64,000 nt of DNA from Tubulanus polymorphus (lineage: Eukaryota; Animalia; Nemertea): contig NC_134032.1 in the NCBI RefSeq assembly GCF_964204645.1, forward strand, positions 15,860,275 to 15,924,274. Reading direction: 5' to 3'. Below, one piece after another: positions 38,690-50,449 of the stretch. The position numbers and the translations under genes were made by a program. The notes under the pieces are model-generated. The model worked only from the letters and a program-made list of their open reading frames with translations. It had not been told where the DNA came from and searched no databases. Numbering within the stretch: position 1 is the stretch's first letter; each line of letters starts with the position of its first letter.

Positions 38690-39384
38690 TCAACGTGTTC
38701 TCCTCCGCTTGGTAAATTTGTATTCCCCGTGGAATGCCGCTTCGACGTCGCAGAGCAAGGTAATTGGGTCGTCAAACTCAATTATCCTTGACCAGCCAGG
38801 GCCACGCGCGACGAGCTCTACGTCGGGGGAGGGTTCTACCCCCGCCGGAGCGGTTGTTTTTGGTGGTGTTGGTCGTCGCGCTGGTGGTGAGGACCCTGGC
38901 GGTGAGGCTCTAGGAGCTGTAGGCAACTCCTCATCACTCGACTCCTCCGATGTATCTGGCTGTTGGGGAGGAGCCGCACGTTTTCTTTTTTTAGGGGTAG
39001 ATCGCCCCGAACCTCCGGTATAATCAACCTCCTTCCGATTTTTCCGGGGCGATCTGCGCGGGCCAGGAGCCTGAACCTGTGGCGCCTCTGTCGGGGCTAC
39101 CACGGCAGGGGCGACCTCCTGCTCCGGGGCAACAGGTGGAGCGACCTCCGTATCCGAAGATACGGTGGGCGCAACCACCTGCACCGGCGAAACAGGGTCC
39201 ACCACCTGCGGAGGAGCCAACTCAGGGGTTCGTGGAGCTGGCTCCTCAGGCTGTTGAGACAGCTTTGGGGTGGGATTTATTTTCTTGGCGCACCTGATTA
39301 CTGATTCCCATAGTTGGGTAGCTGCCTCGTAGCCTTGTTCAGACTCTCCTTGTTGCTTCGCAAATTCGATTGCTATACTTTCAG
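38690..39384 (-). CDS. Terminal exon of an orphan Pro-rich, basic, probably nuclear protein
   Basis: tttcttttcatttcag acceptor (phase 1); ~230 codons open, ESIAIEFAKQQG...RRSPRKNRKEVDYT...TPKKRKR...EYKFTKRRRTR-stop; GC-rich relative to flanks. Confidence 0.6.
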
Positions 39385-39729
39385 CTGAAATGAAAAGAAA
39401 AAGTATTAAGGATCACGAATATGAGACATTTATTCGGAATAAACATCATTGTCATACACAATAATCACATATCGGATTATCCATTCCTTAATCATCAATG
39501 TTTTCAAAATCTACAGTATTCTTCTGAACACAATTTAGAGGGCATTCTGTCATTGTCGTGGCTCGTTGAGACAATGACAGAAAATGGGGGTAGAAAACAG
39601 TTTTAGGAACGCAGGGTTAGAATTTATTTGTACTATTACCTGCAACTTTGGTACAGGTTTAGATCCAAAACATAGTTTAAATTAATAAACAGAAAACATT
39701 ATGTGAATATCGCAATCGACAGTATTTCT

Positions 39730-41760
39730 ACCCGGACGCAGCCTGGAGTGGTAGCGAGGACGCAGCCCGGAGTGGTAGCGAGGACGCAGCCCGGAGTGGT
39801 ATCGAGGACGCAGCCCGGAGTGGTAGCGAGGACGCAGCCCGGAGCGGTAGCGAGGACGCAGCCCGGAGCGGTAGCGAGGACGCAGCCCGGAGCGGTAGCG
39901 AGGACGCAGCCCGGAGTGGTAGCGATGACGCAGCCCGGAGTGGTAGCGAGGACGCAGCCCGGAGTGGTTGCGAGGACGCAGCCCGGAGCGGTAGCGAGGA
40001 CGCAGCCCGGAGCGGTAGCGAGGACGCAGCCCGGAGCGGTAGCGAGGACGCAGCCCGGAGCGGTAGCGAGGACGCAGCCCGGAGCGGTAGCGAGGACGCA
40101 GCCCGGAGTGGTTGCGAGGACGCAGCCCGGAGCGGTAGCGAGGACGCAGCCCGGAGCGGTAGCGATGACGCAGCCCGGAGCGGTAGCGAGGACGCAGCCC
40201 GGAGTGGTAGCGAGGACGCAGCCCGGAGTGGTAGCGAGGACGCAGCCCGGAGTGGTAGCGAGGACGCAGCCCGGAGTGGTAGCGAGGACGCAGCCCGGAG
40301 TGGTAGCGAGGACGCAGCCCGGAGTGGTTGCGAGGACGCAGCCCGGAGCGGTAGCGATGACGCAGCCCGGAGTGGTAGGGAGGGCGCAGCCCGGAGTGGT
40401 TGCGAGGACGCAGCCCGGAGCGGTAGCGATGACGCAGCCCGGAGTGGTAGCGATGACGCAGCCCGGAGTGGTAGCGAGGACGCAGCCCGGAGTGGTAGCG
40501 AGGACGCAGCCCGGACTGGTAGCGAGGACGCTGCCCGGAGTGGTAGCGAGGGCGCAGCCCGGACTGGTAGCGAGGACGCTGCCCGGAGTGGTAGCGAGGG
40601 CGCAGCCCGGAGTGGTAGCGAGGACGCAGCCCGGAGTGGTTTAGAGGACGCAGCCCGGAGTGGTAGCGAGGACGCAGCCCGGAGTGGTATCGAGGACGCA
40701 ACCCGGAGTGGTAGCGAGGACGCAGCCCGGAGTGGTAGCGAGGACGCAGCCCGGACTGGTAGCGAGGACGCAGCCCGGACTGGTAGCGAGGACGCTGCCC
40801 GGAGTGGTAGCGAGGGCGCAGCCCGGAGTGGTAGCGAGGACGCAGCCCGGAGTGGTAGCGAGGACGCAGCCCGGAGTGGTTGCGAGGACGCAGCCCGGAG
40901 TGGTTGCGAGGACGCAGCCCGGAGTGGTAGCGAGGACGCAGCCCGGACTGGTAGCGAGGACGCTGCCCGGAGTGGTAGCGAGGGCGCAGCCCGGAGTGGT
41001 AGCGAGGACGCAGCCCGGAGCGGTAGCGACGGCGCAGCCCGGAGCGGTAGCGAGGACGCAGCCCGGAGCGGTAGCGAGGACGCAGCCCGGAGTGGTAGCG
41101 ATGACGCAGCCCGGAGTGGTAGCGATGACGCAGCCCGGAGTGGTAGCGAGGGCGCAGCCCGGAGTGGTAGCGAGGGCGCAGCCCGGAGTGGTAGCGAGGA
41201 CGCAGCCCGGAGTGGTAGCGAGGACGCAGCCCGGAGCGGTAGGGAGGGCGCAGCCCGGAGCGGTAGCGAGGGTGCAGCCCGGAGTGGTAGCGAGGACGCA
41301 GCCCGGAGTGGTAGCGAGGACGCAGCCCGGAGTAGTAGCGAGGACGCAGCCCGGAGTGGTAGGAAGGGTGCAGCCCGGAGTGGTTTAGAGGACGCAGCCC
41401 GGAGTGGTAGCGAGGACGCAGCCCGGATTGGTAGCGAGGGCGCAGCCCGGAGTCGTAGCGAGGACGCAGCCCGGAGTGGTAGCGAGGACGCAGCCCGGAG
41501 TGGTAGGGAGGGCGCAGCCCGGAGCGGTAGCGAGGACGCAGCCCGGAGTGGTAGCGAGGACGCAGCCCGGAGTGGTAGCGAGGGTGCAGCCTGGAGTGGT
41601 AGCGAGGGCGCAGCCCGGAGTGGTAGCGAGGACACAGCCCGGAGTGGTAGCAAGGGCGCAGCCCGGAGTGGTAGCGAGGACACAGCCCGGAGTGGTAGCA
41701 AGGGCGCAGCCCGGAGTGGTAGGGAGGGTGCAGCCCGGAGTGGTAGCGAGGGCGCAGCAA
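39730..41760 (-). repeat. 24-bp GC-rich tandem repeat, about 84 copies, possibly a coding exon
   Basis: Minus unit ggctgcgtcctcgctaccactccg; two minus frames open for >650 aa (RPRYHSGL, LPLRAASS); flanked by ttttgaatag acceptor and gg|gtagaa donor. Confidence 0.9.
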
Positions 41761-43380
41761 AATCATCTATTCAAAATACACTTTATAAAAACAATTTCAT
41801 GTAAACTAAAACAATAGATTATCACAAATATTTTATGGAAAAATAGAGATGACTTTAGTTATGTGATTGTAGCGTTTGTCATATAGATGGCGTCTTAGGT
41901 ATTGACAATGATAGAAGTACAGCTCATAATGTAATGTATAGAGGGCGCCACCATTGTAATGGAAGATGGAATAAATCCAAATGACGACTAAGTAAATTGA
42001 ATTGGGTACCCGCAAAACCAGCTATCCCGCCAGATGGCGTGACGAGCAGTAGGTTGTTCGTTGTCAAAATTATTTTCAATGAACTTGAACTGGATTTTTA
42101 GACTCCCGAATCCATATATTATAAACATCATCACGAAATACAAATCTAAAAACCTTTCATCATGTGATGCTGAATGTTGATTTACAGTAAAGAATTGAAT
42201 ACCATTGTTACGCTGTAATTACATTGGATAAGTATGTGCTGTGCACCTCGTTTATGGAGCGCAATTAACTTTCCTGTGGATATCTCATCTTTCAATCATC
42301 GACCAATTTAGAAAACGATACTCAAAACTTTGCTTTTCCGAAGAAACCCAACCGATCTATTTCTCTACCCGAGGAGCGCATTTCAACCGGACTCCATCGA
42401 TATATTCTATTCTAAATTGACGATTTTCACCATTCTAATTTTTTCAAGCCGCTAATAAAAAATTCAAGATGACCGAGACTTTACTAAATCAAAATGTCTC
42501 GACGTTAGACTTTATTGCAGAAATTCAATTTACAAGGCAAAAATATACGAGATACAAGCATAAAACTATGACTTGCTTGCAGGGTCTGAATCTGAACTTC
42601 ACATATTCTGCTCGTGTCAAAATTCATCAATTTCATTAATATTTTCACTTTCAAAAGTGGCAGCTCGAAGTATTGAGACTACTGGAAATCGGTATTGACG
42701 GGTTCGAACCCGGGACACCCTATCCAGTATTTACTGGTCTTTAGAGATAATAATAAATGAAAAAACAACAAAACATATAAAAATACAGAGTTTTTGGTTG
42801 TATTGATAATAAATCTATTCATGTACAGAAAAACAACTTAAATTTTACACAATACAAAAGTATAACAGACACCCTGGGCCTCAGTTCCACACCTATCCAC
42901 AACACGAGTTCCACATCTAACTTAAAGGTGCACGCGTCCCTGGGCTCAATCACGCAGCCAGAGTTCCACATCTAACTTGCAGGTGCTTGGTTAATACGGT
43001 CCCTGAGCTCGATTCCATAGCTATCCCTCAACTACACACTATCTCGACCCCAGTTCACTGCTGGATTCATCCAATCTAATTCATTCTACAAATAATAACA
43101 GAATTGTATTGTACAGGCAAAAAATAATCACACAGTGGACCCTCATTATTACGAATACAGTGGATAAAGTGGAACCTCATTAATACGAATCCAGTGGATA
43201 AAGTGGAACCTGGTTAATACTCGAATCTTGAGGGCAAAATAGGAAATGTTGTATTAAACTGGTATTTGATTATGTTAACTGGGACTGACACTGCTGGAAA
43301 TCATCGTGATGGAACGGAATCACAGTATCAACGAGGTTCAATACTGTTACTGGGTAGAGGCCTATTCTTTATCATTAAAC

Positions 43381-43620
43381 AGTGGAGTCCTCTATTCTTG
43401 AGTTGACCGTGGGAAAGTGGAGTCCTCTATTCTCGAGTTGACCTCGGGAAAGTGGAGTCCTCTATTCTTGAGTTGACCTCGGGAAAGTGGACTCCTCTAT
43501 TCTTGAGTTGACCGTGGGAAAGTGGAGTCCCCTATTCTTGAGTTGACCTTGGGAAAGTGGACTCCTCTATTCTTGAGTTGACCGTGGGAAAGCGGAGTCC
43601 TCTATTCTTGAGTCGACCTC
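43381..43620. repeat. 35-bp minisatellite, about 7 copies
   Basis: aagtggagtcctctattcttgagttgaccgtggga. Confidence 0.93.
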
Positions 43621-44692
43621 GCTGAATGTATTGAGTGACAACAGACCAGGAATAACAGAAATATCATCTCATTTATTTATTCTTGGATATAAAGCGGAAC
43701 CACAGACATATTGCATTATATTCCGCGATAAAGTGTTATAGGGGCCAAAGAGAAAAACCAGGATTCTAAACCGGACGTTGACGAGGGACCAGTGACCGGA
43801 CCAGTGACCGGACCACTGCACCTCACTGAAGGCCTATTTCACGTATACATTATAACGAGTCTCTACTTACCCCTTAAATCCATCGGTGAAATAATTCACT
43901 ATAAATACAGCTGCAGCCACTTGTAGGGAATGTGAAAAAGTCCCCGGCGTTTTTATTTCAGTCGTCGCGGAGTTGTGTTCAAAAATGTCCAGCGATGACA
44001 CGTGTTACATCTAAGACAATTCTCTGATAAAATGCGTTGTTTTAATGCGTATTTTTCGGTGCATTTTTCATCTGAAATGGATTTCGTCCATTTTACGAAA
44101 AGCGATGGAGTACCGGCAGCGCTACTGTGGCAACGGAGGATTCCACATATGGCAGGTGAGGATCCACCAGGTGTCGCTAGTGGTTACTCGGTAACCGCGC
44201 TTCAAATTCTTCAACGATTCGATTAAATTTAAATCAACTTTTTTCAAATCAATTTACAGGTAAAACTATACCATACACTCAATGGGAATGTCAATCTTGT
44301 GATGACTTATTTAACAACATTTCCATTTGGGAGCCTTAAAATCCAGTTCAACGTTCATTGAAAAGTAACTCATTCTCAGTACGCATAACTAAGTGTAATG
44401 TTACGCCATCTGGTGGGTGCCGGTACCAAATTTTATTGAGAAATTAAACATGAAAATTGACTATCGTCAAACTCATTTTAGAACCGATGTTAACCTTTAT
44501 TATGATATTCACTTACAAAATATTAAGGAATTCTGAGACAATTTAATTGATTTATCAAAAGGTTTTATTGTTTTATTTGAAATATTCCCGAAGCAAATTG
44601 CAAACAATATAAACATTTTTCAAAATTAATTTCGTGACAAAACAAAAATGGTAAATGAATTTCATTCAAATTTATTCTACATTTAGATAATT

Positions 44693-46268
44693 GATCCACT
44701 GGTATGCAGGTACTGGGTGGATGTGGGTGGATGGGACTGCTATCCACTGGTACTGGGTGGATGTAGGTGGATGGTGCTGCGATCCACTGGTAGTGGGTTG
44801 ATGTGGGTGGATGGTACTGCTATCCACTGGTACTGGGTTGATGTGAGTTGATGGTACTGCGATCCACTGGTACTGGGTTGATGTGAGTTGATGTTGCTGC
44901 GATCCACTGGTACTGGGTGGATGTGGGTTGATGGTACTGCGATCCACTGGTACTGGGTGGATGTGGGTTGATGGTACTGCGATCCACTGGTACTGGGTGG
45001 ATGTGGGTTGATGGTGCTGCCATCCACTGGTACTGGGTGGATGTAGGTGGATGGTACTGCTATCCACTGGTACTGGGTTGATGTGAGTTGATGGTACTGC
45101 GATCCACTGGTACTGGGTGGATGTGGGTTGATGGTACTGCGATCCACTGGTACTGGGTGGTTGTTGGTGGATGGTACTGTGATTACCTGGTACTGGGTTG
45201 ATGTAGGTGGATGGTACTGCGATCCACTGGTATTGGGTGGATGTGGGTTGAAGGTACTGCGATCCACTGGTACTGGGTTGTTGTGGGTGGATGGTACTGC
45301 GATTACCTGGTACTGGGTTGATGTAGGTGGATGGTACTGTGATCCACTGGTACTGGGTGGATGTTGGTGGATGGTACTGTGATTACCTGGTACTGGGTTG
45401 ATGTAGGTGGATGGTACTGCGATCCACTGGTACTGGGTTGATGTGGGTTGATGGTACTGCGATCCACTGGTACTGGGTGGATGTGAGTTGATGGTACTGC
45501 GATCCACTGGTACTGGGTGGATGTGAGTTGATGGTACTGCGATCCACTGGTACTGGGTTGATGTGGGTTGATGGTACTGCGATCCACTGGTACTGGGTGG
45601 ATGTGAGTTGATGGTACTGCCATTACCTGGTCCTGGTTGATGCAGGTTGAAGGTGCTGCAATTCACTGGTACTGGGTGGTTGTGGGTGGATGGAACTGCG
45701 ATCCACTGGTACTGGGTGGATGTTGGTGGATGGTACTGTGATTACCTGGTACTGGGTTGATGTAGGTGGATGGTACTGTGATCCACTGGTACTGGGTGGA
45801 TGTTGGTGGATGGTACTGTGATTACCTGGTACTGGGTTGATGTGGGTTGATGGTACTGCGATCCACTGGTACTGGGTTGATGTAGGTGGATGGTACTGTG
45901 ATTACCTGGTACTGGGTTGATGTGGGTTGATGGTACTGCGATCCACTGGTACTGGGTTGATGTGGGTGGATGGTACTGCGATCCACTGGTACTGGGTTGA
46001 TGTGGGTTGATGGTACTGCGATCCACTGGTACTGGGTGGATGTGAGTTGATGGTACTGCGATCCAGTGGTACTGGGTTGATGTGGGTTGATGGTACTGCG
46101 ATCCACTGGTACTGGGTGGATGTGGGTTGATGGTACTGCGATCCACTGGTACTGGGTTGATGTGGGTTGATGGTACTGCGATCCACTGGTACTGGGTGAA
46201 TGTAGGTTGATGGTACTGTGATCCACTGGTACTGGGTGGATGCGGTTGATGGTACTGCGATCCTGGTA
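44693..46268. repeat. 40-bp minisatellite, about 39 copies
   Basis: gatccactggtactgggtggatgtgggttgatggtactgc. Confidence 0.97.
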
Positions 46269-49032
46269 CAATTCTCATCACTCTACTGGGTATCAGCCTC
46301 TAGTATCTGAACTGAGAAGTGAAGCTGTCACACATTGTTAAACCAATTCAAGTCTGGCTTCAATCAAATTCATTCTAAAATATAATTAACACATATTCAA
46401 AAATCATCATCAGTAAAAAGTTAACAATATTTAGAATCTAAGCCTAAAAGTACGTCACTTACCCCTTGCATCCTGTTGGATATTTCACACTGCAGCCACT
46501 GCTCCAGAATAACTCTACAATCACATTGTTTCTATAGAAACTAGCCTTGGAGCTGGATAAACGCCAGTCCTGGAGCTGGATAAACGCCAGTCCTGGAGTT
46601 GGATAAATGCTAGCCCTGGAGTTGGATAAACGCTAGTCCTGGAGCTGGATAAACGCTAGTCCTGGAGTTGGATAATTGCTAGGCCTGGGGTAAAATCTAT
46701 GCTAGGCCTTTAATGGATAAACGGTTATGCATACCATGACTTAATTATTACGATAGGCCTAGGCCTATCTCTGACTATCTATTGCGATTAACTCTGGGTC
46801 TATATACAGGGTGTCTCAGAAAATTTGTTACCCAAGCTTTAACGATCGAGTGTAGCCTATTAATCAAAATTCTCATTACGGTCTCATTCAATAGTTAACT
46901 AACTCATAAAACCAGAACGAAATGTTATTTTCTCGATAAACGCTGAACTTGAGTAAGTATATCGGTTTGGAAATGAATTTTCTGAATTCGCTCCGACTAC
47001 TTGCTATCTGCTATATGTGTGACGTCACAAGGGCTACAGTGTGTGCTGTACCTACTCAATACCAACTGCAGATTTCATGATTAAACTTATTTATTAAATG
47101 TATTATCATTATTTTCATCATGTAATCATTTAAATATATTCGAGATATGACACCGTGTTTTACCTTTATTCGGTGCAGTAGTGCAGACGTAACCGGCGAG
47201 GTAAACACGACTACTAAGACTAGATTTTAACCTTATTGAAAGATGGCAGCACTTGTCAAACATAGTGAAATATTAGTAACTAACGATACACGGCGCCGCG
47301 GTGTAGACGCACTATAGTGGTATTCCCGTTATTCAACACACTACGGTGGAAATTTTCAAAATGTTCAAATTATCTCCAGCACTATCGAGGGTATTAATTA
47401 GTCAGCACTGAAAGGGTTAACAGTTATCAGTAGAGTTTCTCTAAGAGACATATACCTAATACTAATGTACGCGTACAATGTATAAAAAGCACGTCTTATA
47501 AGATAAACTAATTTGAATACCACGAATATCAACATAAAACTAGAGGTTCGCGTCTGCTTCAATAATTCTAGCACGTAGCCCCTATTATGTCATCATTAGC
47601 GCCATCTACACAGGTATCAGATGAACTACGCAAGGTGAAAATTGCTTCAAATTTACACTTTTCAATCATTTATATTTCAGTAATCCATCACTCATTACAG
47701 CTGAAATCTCTCAAGAATGATTATTATGTATTAATGTAACACATTATTATCTATTGAAAACAAAAGCTATTTTAGGCTACACTCGATCTTTAAAATTGAG
47801 TCAAACCTAAAACTACAGATTGTTCCATTGTGTACGTTTATTGTTAAATGACCAGCTGCTGCCTGTTGAGATATTGATCACTAAATCACTGGATTTCACT
47901 TCTTTTGTATTTACCTGTGTCAAAACCGAGGTATTCAAAACATATCTAGCAGGAATCGAAAACTTTAGTCTTCGGAAAGTAACAGATTTTGAGAAATACT
48001 GAATCTGATGAGTCAAAATTCTACGATAAAACGTCGATCTCAAGTGTGAAAACAGTTACCATATTAAACAATTCTGGAGCAGCTTAATTTGTAAAGAGGA
48101 CCAACAATTTTATTCAGGAGAAATTTGTCTTTGTTAATTTATGTCATGTCTCAAATCATCATGTCATATGACAACAGATCATTTAACAATACACGCACAC
48201 AATGCATGCATTAATCCTTATTTCTTATATTGGTTCAACTCCAACCATTTTAATGATCATTCATAAACACATTTAGTGTTCGGCCATGCATGGCGGCTTT
48301 TCAACAAATTGAGACACGCTCCCTAACCCTGTACTTCCTAACTGGACGGTGAATCAACAATTCAAATTTGTATTTGCAAACACGTGAAAATCAAATCAAA
48401 TTCATCAAAAGATGTTTTAGGAGTGTTTAAAATGTAGGCCTATATCAATCTACCAAACAGCTGTGGGCTACCTTATAAAAATACGGCAGCAATGATGAAT
48501 CGATTATTCAATCGAAACTTCCACATGTTTAAGGTTTCGTTTTGAAAGTAACCCTCGTCTAAATCCTATCCGTCACAGCCACATTCAATTCAATTCAATT
48601 CAATTTTTATTCCGTAAAATTTGGTGTTCGAATCTTTGTTCGATCGACACTTATAAATACGAATAAAACCCAAATCTGTATCATTAACGTAGGTCTTAGT
48701 CATTACTGCAACAAAATTCTAGTTCAAAATGATATCCGAATATTTCAGTAGTACATGGTGACCTTGTTGATATAAATTAGATAAAACAAAAACGCCCCCA
48801 AGAGACCAAGAAACCAATTGATATAACTTCAGCTGACGTCTCTATTGGATCTGGTTTAATCATATGAAATCTATTGTTTTCAAATCTCAAAGAGTTAATT
48901 TTCAGAATTAAACGAAATTTTTACATTTCAATTAAGAATAATCGAGTAATTGATATATTAATTGATTCTAAATAGTTAATACGATGAATGAGGAGTAATC
49001 AAACAGACATACGACCGAGAATAATCGAATAT

Positions 49033-49161
<129 letters not shown>

Positions 49162-50072
49162 AGATTTGAAATATCAGTTATTGAGATCAGTTGAAATATA
49201 GTTAGACCCGGATTCAGTTTCACAAAAAAAGGTTAAACTTAATCACTTAAGATTAACATAGCTCGAAAAATTTGAAATATTCAAACTTAAGATATTTAAT
49301 GAATAAAAAGATTATGATTTTGTAAGATTTATGATTCAATGTGGTGATATTTTGATATGGAATTTCAGCGAGATTTGCTAGATGTACTGACTGTTTGAAA
49401 TGAATTGAATCGATATATTTCAAGGTTTATTAATTGAGATAAAAACTAGTGTAAAAACTTACTTAATTTACAGAAAAGGTCGAGGGAGCGGCCCTTGTTC
49501 GTCACTACCTCGACCTTTACCGCCTTCAATGTAGCATAAAAAAAGTCCATGTTGATTGCTGATGTTTTGGCTGCTGGTTACTGCTACAATATAAAAGAAA
49601 AAATGATAAAAATAAGATTAAAATCAATCAAGAAATCACTTCTTCGAGCGAATGTTCTAGAAAAATAATCAGCAAGTTTGAAGACCATTCGTGATAATCA
49701 AAATGATTTCAATCGAAATTTATCATCAGATCTTCTACTGTCTACTTCTTACATATGCAAAGTAGCTACGTTGACCTGGATATAAAATCAGTTCACTGCG
49801 ATTCGAATGAAAAGGTTTCAATGGTTATTCAAGTCATGGTTGAATAGACAACTGAGCTGTGAACGTATTATATGTTACATACACTTAGATATATCTCTGC
49901 ACAGTTGCTTTTAGTACGAACATTCTCAAATCAGAAACGTTATTAACTTCAATAATTCAAAACATGAAAATTGCACGCGCGTTCTTAAAAAGACCTAGAA
50001 TATTCAAAATCGACATACTTCTAGTTATGAGAAACACGGACAAAATTTTTACAATATCAACTGTTAGCTTAC

Positions 50073-50180
50073 CTGTTTAACGGCCGTCTGGGAAGAGGAT
50101 CAGGTGACCTGGGCTTATATACTGACCGTGTGACGTCATCGCGCTGACCAATGAACAGTCCCGCCAAGATTTTCAAAAAT
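50073..50180 (-). promoter_or_regulatory. Pol II core promoter and short first exon
   Basis: On the minus strand: TTTGAA (50177-50172), TTGGCGGGA E2F-like (50167-50159), inverted CCAAT (50148-50152), TGACGTCA (50131-50138), TATATAA (50121-50115), pyrimidine start CCTCTTCCC (50098-50090), donor CAG|GTAAGC at 50073. Confidence 0.7.
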
Positions 50181-50449
50181 GAGATTCGGCCTACTGCCAT
50201 GAAATGCCACTGGGCTCGGATCCTACACGTGAATGTGTTAGATAGTGGTCGGTTGCATAAAATCGAGTGGATTTTTTGATAAACTGATTTTGCTAATTCT
50301 TTTCTCTGCCTTTTGGGAAATGATTAGAAAGTTGTCCTTAAAAGTCCATTCATTATAATGCAAGACAAAGAGGGACTAGTTTTATTCTGGATACATGATA
50401 AATGTAATACTGGCATATCATCATCACAGACTACAAACTGTGAAATAGT

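Noticed and set aside
44672-46281. His/Pro/Ser-rich ORFs
   Set aside because: Artefact of the 40-bp minisatellite.
49476-49520. let-7-like seed GAGGTAG in a hairpin
   Set aside because: The hairpin is only about 45 nt and the rest of let-7 does not match.
49570-49585. 16-nt match to the 142-bp satellite (agcagtaaccagcagc)
   Set aside because: No flanking similarity; a match of this length is plausible by chance in 64 kb.
49668-49730. Possible intronic C/D snoRNA on the minus strand
   Set aside because: Imperfect C box, no clear terminal stem and no rRNA guide sequence that I recognise.
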